A DNA stretch of 64,000 bases from Geosiphon pyriformis uo1 (GCA_016748015.1 JAAOMT010000597.1:496001-560000); one strand, 5' to 3'; numbered from the stretch's first letter, positions 30,282 through 43,497 are shown. Program-made: numbers and translations. The notes: generated by a model not told the origin, from the sequence alone.

Positions 30282-31345
30282 AAGAGTTATAGTTGATTCA
30301 CTAAAATTAATATTAATATTAGATTATTGAGATAGGTTTTGTAATATGTAATTTAAATTTAGCTGAAATAAACCAGAAATTTAAAAATGGACATCTCCAA
30401 ATGCGTCTTTTATATGAGTTCATAGCAATATTGTTCTCGTTATATTGTCAAATTTTATGAAAAATTCTTTAAAAATTTGTGTTAAATTGCTCATTTTTTA
30501 AAAAGTTAATATTTAACCATATATAAAATATCTATATTTAAAATACTTTGAAAAAATTGAACAGCTTCAAATTCGTAAAAGATATGTATTCTCGCAAAAA
30601 GTAAACTATTAAACAGCTTTGCATTAAATTATTAAAAGATATCAATAGTTGGTTCAAACAGCAAGGATATTTTAATACTTTACATAATTTTTTTAATATA
30701 TATTTTCATAAGAGAACTATCCAAAATAATATTTTCAAAATTTTTAGATATATCATGTATGTTGAAAGTATGAAAAATTTAATAATGAGTCAATTAGTCT
30801 TTACTTTTTTGAATTTCTGATAAATTAAAGAATTGATATATTAGTAAAATTCTAAAATTAAATAATATTAAAAAAATGTACATAAGTATCTTAAATTTCG
30901 AAAGCAACACAATATATTTAAATTTTATTAATAAAATTGGATATTTTCGAAAATTTGTCAAAAGCTCTAATCTGATAATTCACATTTTATCTTTTTTAAG
31001 AAAAGGAAATTTGTAAAAAACAAATTACCCTAAGAAGTTAAATTTTGTAATAATTGGATATTTATTATTGATGTTATTTATTTTAAATTAAAAACCGCAA
31101 ATTCTGTTGGAGAAATTTTGGGCCTCTCATTTGAGATACTAAATTCTCGACTTTAGAAGTATAATCAGTTCAAATTTTATCACAAAATACGAATTAGCTC
31201 AAGATTATCACTTTATTGTTTTTCCAAGGATAAATTCTATTATAGAATAAACTCCCGCTAAATTGTTCAACTAAACAATTGATTTTTGAGGTCTAAAAAA
31301 TTTCTATTGCTATTTTTCCAATTTCCGAAAATTTTTTGGTAAAAC

Positions 31346-33221
31346 TTACAAACGAGCCCTAATCACTTGATTATCAGATCGGCGACCATATCGACTTCGG
31401 TTTCTGCCATCACGACGACCTTCTCGATCCCAATCATCACGACGACCACTTCGGTCTCTGCCATCACGACGACCTTCTCGATCCCAGTCATCACGACGAC
31501 CACTTCGGTCTCTGCCATCACGACGACCTTCTCGGTCCCAGTCATCACGACGACCACTTCGGTCTCTGCCATCACGACGACCTTCTCGGTCCCAGTCATC
31601 ACGACGACCGCTTCGGCCTCTGTTATCACGACCACCATCACGATCACCTCGGCGACCATCACGACGACTATCACGACCACCTCGGCGACCATCTCCCTCA
31701 AGTTCTTCAATGTTTTCCTATGATTTTTGAAGGAGTAAATATAAAGTATTCATGCAGAAAGTATTAAAAATGGAAATAAAACAATTGTTGTTCTCTTTAC
31801 CCTGAAGAATTCTTCGAGCGACTCGGGTTCACGACCATTAATTCTGCGGATGTCATCGGTTGGAGATACCTTATTTTCACGCGCGTATTCAATCAAGTCG
31901 AGGCTAATAAAAAAATTTAAAGTTGATATTTAAATTTAAAAATATAAAAGCATTTAAAGGAAAATCAAGTCACTTACATTTTTTCAATTTCAAATTCTTT
32001 AATGGGAAGGAAATCCAATGGGTCATTTTCCTCGTTAAATCGGCCACGGTAACCATCACCTCTTCGGCCACGTTGATAATGACCACCATCACGACGATTA
32101 TCACGATCACGAGGGCCCTCATGACCTTCATTAAGGGATCTAAGGTAGTCTTGTAATTCACGAGGATTCACTTCCTCATATTCAACTTGTTCGCGACCGA
32201 GGGTATCGTTGAGAATATCAACAATATCACCAGGAGATAGAGATTCAGGGCCAGTTAATTCGTAGACTTGATGTTTTCTTCCAGAATCTTTTCTGAATCT
32301 ATTATTTTCTGTGATAATATTCGCAATGGCACCAGTAACGTCACATAAGTTGACAGGTGCAAATTCATCACGGTCTTCATCCAAGGGCAAGCTGAAATAT
32401 CCGTCTTGAATTTGTTCACTCCAAAGGAGGAATACTTGTTGAAGAATTGTTGATCTATTTAAATGTGGAAAGATTGAAGAGAAATTTGGAATGATTAAGA
32501 TTGAGTCAAATAATTGAAAATTTGTAAAAAGTAAAAAAGAAAACTGATGGACTGAATACCTAAGTATCACAACATTTCGACCTTCCTCGCGCCATATTCT
32601 CTCAATTTCCTCAAATTCACGATGAGTTGCTGTTCGGCCTTCGTTAGCACCAATGACTGACAAAACAACAACATTACGGACGTCGTTTCTCCTGGCAGCC
32701 TACAAGAATCTAATTGTTCAGTGAAAGAAAATTTTTTGTAATTAATTATAAGATTTATTTACCCTGGCTAATTTTTCAGCTTTGTTCACTCGATCTCTGT
32801 TTGATTCGGCTACCCAGACCAACCAATCAACATTTCGAAGAGCATGATCAAGGGATCTATCGTTATCAAAATCAGTTTCTCGGACTTCAGCTCCTTCATA
32901 TTCCAAACGCTGGACGTTTTTATCATTTAGATTTTGAGTCAAAGCTCGGACTTCAAAATCTTCATTGCCTCCACGGTGTTCTCGCCTTTCTGAAACTTCA
33001 GAGCGAGCGCGATTTTCGTTTCTACGACCACTTTGACCTCTTCTGCGTCTATAATCGTCCTCATCACCATCACGACGACCACGTCGGCTTCCACACAAGA
33101 GACCTCGAGCAATTGTGTTTCCAATGTAGCGATCCGTAGATGTGACAGCGATGTTCCAGTTTTTGTTGTGGCGACGACCAGAAACTGAACGATTTTGATC
33201 AGAAATTTCGGCTGAAGACAT
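31346..33221 (-). CDS. NmrA-like (atypical SDR/Rossmann-fold) protein with Arg/Asp/Gly-rich insertions and tail and C-terminal PTS1 (-ARL), paralog 1; exons 33221-32763, 32699-32560, 32454-31978, 31903-31801, 31717-31346 (about 516 aa)
   Basis: Frame-preserving GT-AG junctions. NmrA-like segments EVRALTQN, GAEVRETDFDNDRSLDHALRNVDWLVWV, AARRNDVRNVVVLSVIGA, FAPVNLCDV, VYELTGPESLS, INGREPESLEEFF. Last exon ends RSDNQVIRARL* (this frame is missing from the ORF track). Confidence 0.88.
31394..31609 (-). repeat. Four copies of a 54-bp coding tandem repeat (GRRDDWDREGRRDGRDRS)
   Basis: Unit acttcggtctctgccatcacgacgaccttctcggtcccagtcatcacgacgacc repeated nearly perfectly. Confidence 0.95.
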
Positions 33222-33301
33222 TTCTCTTATGCTGAATGTGGTTTGGTAAAAATAAGTGGTGTTTTTGAGACAATTACTTTTTCACGAGAGAAAGGAAGGA
33301 A

Positions 33302-33349
33302 GCAATTGGTGAGGAATCTGGGAAGACGCTGAAGCTCTGTATATTTATA
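33302..33349 (-). promoter_or_regulatory. Core promoter of paralog 1: TATAAATA...CAGATTCCTCACCAATTGC
   Basis: Motif shared with paralogs 2 and 3 at similar spacing from the TATA box. Confidence 0.65.
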
Positions 33350-35253
33350 TTCGTTTGGAGCTGCTAAATTCTTTAGGAAGTACTGAAAAACTTTGATGAA
33401 AGAAAATAGCATGCTTTCTAACTCAAATTTTTTCTGATTAAAGATTGGAATAATTAAAATTTTAATTATCATTGATAAAGAAAATTTTCATTGTTATCAG
33501 AAAAAGATTGCGCCATTTTCTAACATCATCGTCGATGTTGCAGTAACGGGAATTCCAACAACTTGAATTATTTTTCGTTACCCTCTATTGAAATGTTTTG
33601 TCAATTATTAAGACTTTAGCTATGTTTTTACGTTTTATTTTTTGTGCGTGAGAAAGGTTGGAGACATAATAATTTTGGGAATTCAATGAAATTTTACATC
33701 TTTGGTTGATAATTCATAAATTGAATACGCCAACTGCATGCATTAATATTGATCTAGTTTTCAATACAAAAACACCACTTTTAATTCATCAAAGATCCTT
33801 TTTTCCATTGTTTCCTTGACTTCTTATAGCTTTGGGAATTTTATATCTTTTAGAACTGGATATTTATAGAATCTCTAAATTTTTATATTTCTTTCATGAT
33901 TTAAAATTACTATTATTTTCTTGGCTTTCGTATGATTTCAAAATTAATCAAAGGATATCTCTTTGAAATTTCAAACTAAAAATGTAATTAATATCCAATT
34001 TTGCTAAATAATGCTAAGTGCTAACCTCTTTTTAAAAAAATAGATCGATCGATCTGATATCAGGGATTAGATTTTTATCGAAAACGACATGTGTTAAAAA
34101 AGTACAAAAACACGAGGAACGGGAATTTTTTAAATCTTGTATCTTCCCATTTAAGCTATAAAAACATGCATTTTATAAATTATTTGTGAAACGAAACACG
34201 AAATTTATCTAATGATATATAATATTACAAACAAAAAATAAGCTCTATCAATGACTATTTTAAGCTATTTTGGGAAATAATTTTTTAAAAAAGGATATTT
34301 CAATTTATAAATATTTCGAGCTTTAATAGTTAAATTTTTATTTGTCGAGCATAAATAGCAATAGTTTCCAGTTTTCGTTAATCTATTAATGTGAGCCTAA
34401 AGAGAACAATGAAAATTTGCAGTTTTTTGATTCGCCCGATCATCTGGGCAAGATTATCCGAGACAATTTTTAATGGGATGTGTCGTTTGAAAAGTATGTA
34501 TAATTTTTCAAAATTATACATACAAGAATATATTTCAAGTCTTATGTTTTTTTTTCCCAGGCTGAAAATTAAAATTTTGTTTCATAAAGTTAATAAGTTA
34601 AAAGTTTTTTTGCTAATATCAGTTTGGACATGAAAAAGTCGTGGGTATTTGTTGTTATATTACATATTACAAAAATCATTACAGGCTAACAAATCGATGC
34701 CAAAATGTTTTATTCCTCTTTTAATTCAAGATTTCTTTGCAGTTAATCATGATAATCAATATATTTTCATAATTGAACCAATTTTATACACATAAAAAAT
34801 TTAATTTTTTTCTCAATTTAAAAAGCATGACTCGCAAAAAAAAAATTTGATAAATTATTTTTAAAGGTTAGTATTTAATTCAAGATCGGGTTTGATTATG
34901 AATGAAAATTTTGGTATGAATTCAAAATACTTCAGTACCCTGTAAAGTTCCCGTCTCAAAAAAAAATAATTTGTAATCGAAAGAATGGCGTACGAAAATA
35001 TTGAAAAAAACACGCCACATTATTATCAAGCAAGATAGAAATAGCTTGATTTGTGAAAAAATTGAATAACAAATAAGATGATAGAACAAAAATACTTGGA
35101 TTTATCGTTAAATTCAAAATAGGCTGAGATTTTTTAAATTTTTTTGTTTCAACGCTAAATGATAACAACTTCCTTTGATTTTGTAAGATGATTGGCTTCT
35201 GAGGTATCCCATTTAGAATTAATTTATTTTAAAAATCATCGTCATTTTAATTA

Positions 35254-35703
35254 CCGTAGAGCACTACTTATAGTACCAAGGGTATTATTCAAAACTTACT
35301 GGTCAGGAAATTGTATAGTACCCCTAAATATCATACATGGATGGAAGTATTAAATATAAAGGGAGGGGGTACTTTTAATACTATTAATACTATTGGAATT
35401 CATTTTCAACAAGAAAGTAAAATAGATTATTCATCTTCTAATAATTATGAAAATAATCATAATATAGAAGAAGATTGTAATATTGATGAAAGTGATAGTG
35501 AAAGTTATGAAAATGAAACAACATATAATAATAGTTTGGAAGATTAAATATGTAATAATAATCATTAAAATGTAATAAAATACCCGGGTCTTATTAAAAA
35601 TAATATGAGTTATAATTTAAAAAATGCCTCAGATACTTTACAATTTTTAAAAATTAATATCATATAATGTACCCGGTCTTAATTATGCGGTAGTGCTTTA
35701 CGA
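35254..35703. mobile_element. Non-autonomous Tc1/mariner-pogo-type element (MITE), TA-flanked
   Basis: Left end TA|CCGTAGAGCACTAC; right end reverse complement TA|TCGTAAAGCACTAC; subterminal repeat tacccg(g)gtctta near 35581 and 35670; acidic ORF remnant inside. Confidence 0.65.
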
Positions 35704-36214
35704 TAGTGGTTAGTTTCTTAAAATCAGTATGCCAAATAGTTAAAAATTAATTGATGATTGAAAATAAATAAATTGGCATTAAGCAAAACAAGTCAAAGCA
35801 GTAATAATAAATTTAGGAATTCATAGTGCTTAAATTCAAATCTTTTAAAATCATTTAGCTAATTAAACCAGCCTAATCTGAAAGTGAACAAAAAAAATGT
35901 TTCATGGTTCACATGTCCTTCCATAAAAAGATATCAAAGCTTTTCGATTTACCGTTTCATAAAATTTACCAACGAGGAATAATGCTATATCGCATATCAG
36001 GTTAAAATTTTAAAAAGCTCACATGTTTTGCCAAATTTGATCCATGATTATTTAAAAAAAAACTTTTAAAATAAAAAAGTGAGAAAAGGTGGGACACATG
36101 TCTTTCTTTTTTCGCCAAATTCTCGAATCTAAATCTGTCAAAAAATGCAACCCATTACGTTTTTCTAAATACCATTTTTCCTCAAAGTTTTTCGCAAAAA
36201 GATCAAAAATCTTG

Positions 36215-36256
36215 TATAAAATAGTGGGTTTCTCCCAACTCCTCTTCACAATTGCT
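36215..36256 (+). promoter_or_regulatory. Core promoter of paralog 2: TATAAAATAG...CTCCTCTTCACAATTGC
   Basis: TATA plus TCACAATTGC, shared with paralogs 1 and 3. Confidence 0.6.
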
Positions 36257-36303
36257 CATAATCAAGCGATTGAGAATTCCTGAAACAAATAAATTTTTTA
36301 ACA

Positions 36304-38003
36304 ATGGCCTTACAAATACAAGATAGTGTTAGTTACAGAAACCGTCGCCGTGGTGAACGTCGTTCTGATCAAGACAACAGACGAACCGGAAGAGTTGGCA
36401 ACAATAGAATCGGTTTCTCGGCATGTGAGCGGTGGGTTCCAAACTGCATTACCCGTGCCTTCGTTGGACTTTCTGGTGACACAAATATTGACCCAGAAGA
36501 ATGGGACGTTTATGCACTTACTCGTCAACCCGGATGGGAACAAATCGAAGAATTGAGAAGGGCGGGCGTATGTGTACAGTTCACTGATTATAGCGACATT
36601 GATTGCTTGATGGACTCGCTCAGGGATCTTGACTATCTTATTTGGTTCGCTGAAGGTGGTAATCGTCGAGTTGAAGAATCAAAAATGATGGCTGAGGTAA
36701 GAGTTTTTTTTGAAAAAATATACATTTTTGGAGCATTCTAGAATTCGTTTAATTATTTTCTTTAAAATAAAAGGCTTGCAGGAGGATGAATGTTTGCGTC
36801 ATCATGGTTTCAGTTCAAGGTGCTGATGATGGTGAAGGTAAAACTTTCGACGCTTATAGACAAATGGAACGAGCATTTGAAAACGAATTAGCTGAAGAAG
36901 ACCTCCAAATTCTTCGGTAAAATTTCTAATGTGATTAAATATGATTCAATTTTTAATATTTACAAATGCAATAATATTTGATTATTAGATGCGCATTCAT
37001 CCAACAAGCTTTCTGGTTGTTCAGCCATTATATTCGGGTAAATTGCAAGCTAAACATGATGATCGATGAATGTAATGACTTTTTCCCTCCAATAAATTTC
37101 AACGACATGGCTAATGCGATCGAAAGCTTGATGATGTGCCCTATTGATCAAAAGATCTTCACATTGACCGGCCCTGATGCTGAAAACGCTCGTGATTGCG
37201 TTGGACTGATCAACAATAGCATTACAGGTGAAATTGGGTATGCTAGGATGACCCGGGAAGAAATGGAGGAATATCTTAGTCATCTTCCACCATATGCTTA
37301 TAACCGAGAAGAAAATACATATCGTCGAGGAGGTGATAGAAGAGATCGCGATGGTTCTCAAATTCACAATTATGGTTATGACCAATGTGATTATCCACGC
37401 CCTTTCCTCCCATTGTATTGGGCAGAAGTTGAACTCTGGCAAGTATTGATCATTTTGTTCATTTTCAAAAATTCTGATTAATGCTAATGAGTGAATATCT
37501 TGTTGAATTAGGTGTGATTTTATGGAGTACATGAAGAGTGGTAAGGCTAATTCCCCAACCTTGCAAGTACATGATATTACTCAAACTCCCCCTCAAGATC
37601 TTTATCAATTTTTCATGGTAAATTATATTTTTGGCTTTATATTGAGAAATCTTTGAAACAAAATACTTACCTATCTTTAAAACAGAGGAGTTCGGATGAT
37701 TTTGAGCCATCGACACGAAGAAATGGCAAAGAGGGTCGTCGGCAAGATGATCGATTCAATCGTGGCCACCGTGGAGATTTAAGACGCCACCGTAATTGGG
37801 AAGATGATGAATATAATCGTGGTCGTCGTGGTAATTCAAGACGTCATCGTGATTGGGAAGATGATGAATATAATCGTGGTCGCCGTGGTGATTCGAGACG
37901 TCATCGTAATTGGGAAGATGATGAATATAATCGTGGCCATCGAGGTAATTATAACCGAGGCCGTCGATCTCGTGATGGTAACCGATTCATCGCCAAGCTA
38001 TAA
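36304..38003 (+). CDS. NmrA-like protein with Arg/Asp/Gly-rich tail and PTS1 (-AKL), Cys-rich paralog 2; exons 36304-36696, 36774-36916, 36989-37438, 37512-37617, 37686-38003 (about 469 aa)
   Basis: Colinear similarity to paralogs 1 and 3 (DVYALTR, SLRDLDYLIWFAE, FPPINFNDM, IFTLTGPD, MEEYLSHL, PFLPL); same four intron positions as paralog 1, the third being GC-AG; ends GNRFIAKL*. Confidence 0.87.
37758..37928 (+). repeat. Three copies of a 57-bp coding tandem repeat (NRGRRGDSRRHRNWEDDEY)
   Basis: gggaagatgatgaatataatcgtgg recurs at 57-bp spacing. Confidence 0.93.
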
Positions 38004-39925
38004 TATTTGACTTTAGAGATCTAATGCTATCTCGGAAGTTCAGATTTTAGAACAGAATTAGCTTTTGTACTTTTAGAGAAGATAAAGTTTTATGGATTAT
38101 TAAAATAAAACAATTCTGAAATTATTAAATTTAAGAGGTTCCCAAAAAAGCCAAGAATCTCAGTTAAAGTTCCTAATAAAAGTTGTGGCATTGATAAAAC
38201 CGTAATGTATTGATATTAACAGTGTAAAATTTCAAAGGTCACAAAAGATCTGGTTGCAATGTTGTAAAAGGCTTGGATGAAAAATTATGGGTAGTTTCGA
38301 CAGATTATTTTCTCGAAGAACAAGACAGGGGTAAATCTCTGCGATTGAATTATCAATTATTACAGCTAGTATTTATTTGGGCAGGTAGATGAGCAATTGC
38401 AATGATCTTTGAACATATCCCATGAGATTTGTTTTAGACAAATATCACGATATTCTATTTAAAAAAGAAGTTAGAACTTCAAAAAAAAAACCGATCAAAA
38501 AATCACATCATTCGAAACAAAATTGCTTTTAATGAAGTTATAATTTAAATATTTATGTAATTCATTGTGTATGATTCTTTTAACCATGTATCCAAATGGT
38601 CTCAACAAATACTTTGAATATTATCCCGGAATTAAAAAATTTTGGAAAGTTTACTCTTTTATCAATTGAAAAATCTTAAAAAACTAAAAATAAAAGTTTG
38701 TCCCGCAATTTAGAGACAGCAAAATCAATCAATCAATCAAATCACATAATTTTGTGTCTAAATGCTTTATGTATTTAAAATTTCAGGATTATGACTATAT
38801 TATACCATTTTGCAAGTTTTAAAGTCAAATTTTCTAAATTCATCTCATGCTTGAAATTTTTTTAATTTTTTAATTATATGTTATCAATATTCATACCTGA
38901 TTTTTTCTTTTAAAACTATACTAAAAATAAAATAAAAAACTAATCAACCTTAAGTTTTTGAAAAAAAAAGGTAAACTACTCAAAAAACTGATTTGAAACT
39001 TTTCTCAATAAAGCGACTTGTCTATTTCTAAAAATTTAAGTAAAAGTAAAAATCTTTTCTCATAAAATTTGTGAATTTAACCGAATAATCCAAATTCTCT
39101 AACAGCTTGATATTTGTAAAAAGGGATCTGGTTTTTTAACTGAAGAAATTGCTGACTAACAAAGTCCTAGATTTTATTGAAAATTATCTATTTCCTTTTA
39201 ATCAAAAATTAATTATTAATCCAAAAACACTTTGAATTATTTGAACGAAAATTGTGAGTTTGAAAGAGACTTTATATCTCTGTTAATTAACGTAAGAGAA
39301 CTTATCACTATCAAAGAAATTTGACAAATTCATAGCAAAAGCTGCCAAATTTATATTCAGAATAACTGAATTTTTCATTTACCCCAAATCTTTAAGTAAA
39401 GCATGTCATAAGGGAAATTTTTTTCGAATTAAAAATTATGAAGCCCAATGACAGAGCCTCGAGAACTTTTAGTAAAATCACAAAATATTTTCACTCTGTT
39501 CCTGTTAAGTATGCACAATTTTTAATTTTGAAAATTGTTAGCTCTGGGTGCCTTTGTGCAAAAACTTGGTGACATAATAGCTACATTAATACTTTTTTTT
39601 TCGAGACTTTGTAAAAATTTCCAATTTAGTTTTTTATTTCAAAAGATGAAGAATCATCAAAGTGCTCAATTATATTAAATTATCGAATTTATAATTAAAA
39701 GGGTTTTAAAATATTTTTGCTCTAGGTTCTCAAGTCAGAGTTTTTTAAATTGCGTATATATCAGAAAAAAATCTCCTTTTTTTGATTTTATTTTGTTAAA
39801 ATGAATTAATCAATCTTCAGCCCACCATTGTTGATTGATTTATTTGGCAAAACTCTCTTAAGATGCCCATTCCCAAATATCTTGGCCTATAGACACAAAA
39901 AGAATGTCGCCATAAATCAATGATA

Positions 39926-42110
39926 TCAAATTAGTCCTCGGCGTTTGGCTTGTATCATTCCTACTACACCGATAAAGATCATTAATCCTACGATCCAGAA
40001 AAACCAAACCAGATCGTCTTGATCGTCCCCAGGTACCTTCACATTCATCCCGAAAATGCCTTGAGAACGAGAATTGAGATAAATAAATTTTGATAATTAG
40101 TAGCAAAATTTGATAGATTCACTAAGTGAATTGCTAGATTCCATCTTATTTTGGACTCCCACCTGCTATCAAAGTAGAAGGAAGAAGAATTGTGGCAAAA
40201 ACTGAAAGCTTTCCAATTGCATCGTTTGTCTTATTGCTAAGTTGTGTGATTTCAATCGAGATTTGAGCCAAATAAGTGGAATGTGATCGACCAAGAATAT
40301 TTTCGCAGTGATTGATATTTTGAACCATGGTAATAATGTGGTCTGTGAAAAAGCATAAGTTTCTGAATAGATTTTTTCTAAAATTTGAAATATAGACAGC
40401 ACACAATCTAAAATAAATACCTTGAATGTCATGCAAGTAGAGCTTTACTTCACCACGATCACCACCAGTTGCAAGTACTTTTTCCTCGCATCTTTTAATT
40501 AATCCTTTAATAACATCGGCTTTACTTCCCAACAATCTCAATAAACTCATTACAACCTTTCGATTGTGCCCTATTCGCCGTAACATATCAGATTGTTCGG
40601 TTTGTCTTAAAATTAAAACGAGCTCATCCATTGTGTCTGTTTCAACTTCAACTTTGCGAACCAGCGGTGCAAATGAGTCTGTTATGTCATCGAGAATAGC
40701 GTAGTTTATCCAATCTTTTGAGACATATTTAAAGGGCGAGATGTTTAAAATTCTAAGTCGTATATTACGTTGAAAAAATAAAAATTTGTATTAGTATTTT
40801 TAGTATACCTGGAGTAACTTTTATGAAGTCCCTTAAATGCCTTATTCGCTCTCTGACGTTTGATGCGTGTGGTGCTTGCTTAAAATGAAACTTTTTAAAT
40901 GTACAAGGAGCATTGGATTAAAATTTCTAATATTGCGAAACTATTTAATATTTCCACAAGAATTGCAAAATATAACCTTACTGTTAAAATTCCTTCCTTC
41001 ATAACAACATTGTAAATATTGACTGGTTGCAAGAAGTTTGGACTATTCTGATCTTGAACAAAAGAACGGAAACAAATGAAGTAATATGTACGAAAAAGGT
41101 CACACTTTTCTCGTGATTCTTCCATTGCTATATCTTCCATTGTCAATGGATGAATATTAAATATCTTGATGCAAAAGCAGATATTTGATTAAAAAGTTAT
41201 CAAATGGAATTTGGATGTTTAAATTTAAGATTTGAAGCATATTTTACCTTGCTCAACATTTTCATTTCTGAATCACTTGGTGCCAATACATTAATCCAGA
41301 AAACTCCTTGCTTTAAGAGATTTTCAAAACTAGTTTCTTCAGGTGGCAATTCAAAAAAAGAATGTGCTTGGATTGCCCCTCTCTCTACTGAATAAAATGT
41401 AAATCGTAATTTATCCGATAAGTCCTCACCTGGTAGCTTATAAATTTAAAAATTTTTGAAATAAATAAATCTTCAAGATTTCAAAAAGAATACTGTCGAT
41501 ATTATATAAATACCCTCGCTCGATCTCCATATAAGCTCATTTTTCGTTTTTGAATTCTTTTTTTATATGAAGAATTTCTTGAAATTGTTGGACTTAATAA
41601 AATAGGAGGACTCAAAATTGTATTTCCGAAATTTATCTCATCTCTCAAAGTATCACTCTCCTGCCATTTTATATTTTCTTCATTTGCATATTTCTCCAAA
41701 GCTTCGAAATCAATACCAGATTTAGCTTCAGAAGGCGCTGAACTAGCTGGGAAACAAAAATCTTGGGTTATATCGATATTTTCCTCGTATATTGAGCCTG
41801 CCTCTTGTTTATTATGGTAATCGGCATAGAGATCTTCAGCTGGTTCGGAATTTTGGCTGAATAAAATGTTCGTGGGTGTCGTGGTGATGGCTAATTTTTT
41901 CGCAGGTAAAATATTGGCTGATAGTGGTGTTGGGGATTGAATTTTAAGAATTGGTAATGCTTGAAGCTTTTGTTTTAGGGTACTAGATTTTTTGAGGATG
42001 GATGAGGTTTTTGATGAGGATGATATTCGAGAGTCGATTGATAACCTTTGTCCTTTTTCTTCGTTGTTGAAATTTAATGGGATATTTGATGAATTATTTT
42101 CACTCGACAT
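39926..42110 (-). CDS. CorA-family Mg2+ transporter (fungal ALR1/MNR2-like); exons 42110-41514, 41436-41248, 41164-40982, 40890-40809, 40714-40421, 40342-40163, 40059-39926 (about 552 aa)
   Basis: Motifs IFNIHPLTMEDI..EESREKCDLF, DWINYAILDDITDSFAP, LYLHDIQDHIITM, RSHSTYLAQISIE and the CorA signature GIFGMNVKVPG between two TM helices; all junctions GT-AG and in frame. Confidence 0.95.
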
Positions 42111-43497
42111 TATTGATCTTGATCAATTGTATGATTTGAAGTTGGGGATTTTTCCAAAATTAATATATTTCGGATGGTAACGAATGTTTTTAAAATTTTA
42201 ATCGGAACAACGTTCAGGCTATTACGTTGTTTGTATATTTTGAAACTTTATCATTTTAAAATAAAGCAAAGATTTACACTAGATTTTAGTTTGGTAGCCC
42301 AAAAATTATGATATTTGCATAAGGTCTCACAACCCTAGAATTCGGGTGATACATTTACTCTGTATGCAAATAAATGGAATCAACTGATTAATATTATAAA
42401 TTGAATGATGTACCTAAACTTATGCATCGAAATATTACTACCAACTTTTATATGACCGAAATTTAATAATCAGGTAGTTTTTAAAAAATCTTGACTGGAG
42501 GATTTTTTTTAAAAAAAATCTCCATTCTGAATTTAAATAAAATCAAGAAATCGATCGTATTTGTCTTTTTCCGTTATCTAGCTACCAAATTTTATGAAAT
42601 TAATAAAATTATTATAATTCTGAAATTAAACTTGTGTTCAGACATAATTAATTTGAAAACTAAAACTAAAAAATTAACCATTATCCGTTAAATTAGACAA
42701 TAAAAATTTTTTTTGAAAATGAAATTGAAAAATTAAAATGTTTAGATAATCGAATCAAAAGAATTCACACATAGTAAAAAAAATTAAAACAGTTGCAATA
42801 TTAAATATTCTGAAAAGAACAAAAAATTTCTGATAATAAAATAGCTAACTTATCAAAATATTTTACCAGATTTTGAAAAAAATTGGTTTGAAATAAATCT
42901 CATATTGAAACAAATAGCATATATTTAATAAAAAAGACAAAAAACTTTTTAATCACAAATATACATTATAAAATTAATATGTTATTTTCTAGCAACTTTC
43001 GAATTTTTTGAACAATTTCAATTTAGATTCATTATTTAAGGTTAAATTAACAATTTGTTTGAATCTTTTATTAGATTTTGATTTGAAAACAATTAATTAA
43101 AGATAAAGAACCAGAAATCTTAATTTATAGTGTTTTAAAAAAACCAAAATTGTAAATTTTTTACTATGAGTCAATCACAATCTTAAATTTTAAATATTAA
43201 TAAATGATTTTATAATATATTTTAATAAGATATATGTTTGCTGTGTTTTTTTATAAAAAATTCACAATGACATTTCATCAATTAAACTAAATATTTGCAA
43301 TTTTCTTATAAATTGTGCATACACTTTTTAATCTTGTCTTTCATAATATTCCAAAGACTTTTAAGTTTAAACTTCAAACATATTCTTATTTTAACACTTA
43401 CTGTGGTTTTAAAAAATTGAAGTTTATTTTATTTAATGATTTTAATAGGTTACAACCAGTGTTATTTTAATTGTTACATGTTTGTAATTCTTAATTA

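Noticed and set aside
31394-31609. CRISPR-like array
   Set aside because: No unique spacers; it is a coding tandem repeat in a eukaryotic gene.
31363-31723. Val/Met-rich and Thr/Ile-rich ORFs over the repeat tails (also 37804-38010 and 51543-51879)
   Set aside because: These are shadow frames of the R/D/G repeats. The splice-compatible frame is the Arg-rich one ending in PTS1.
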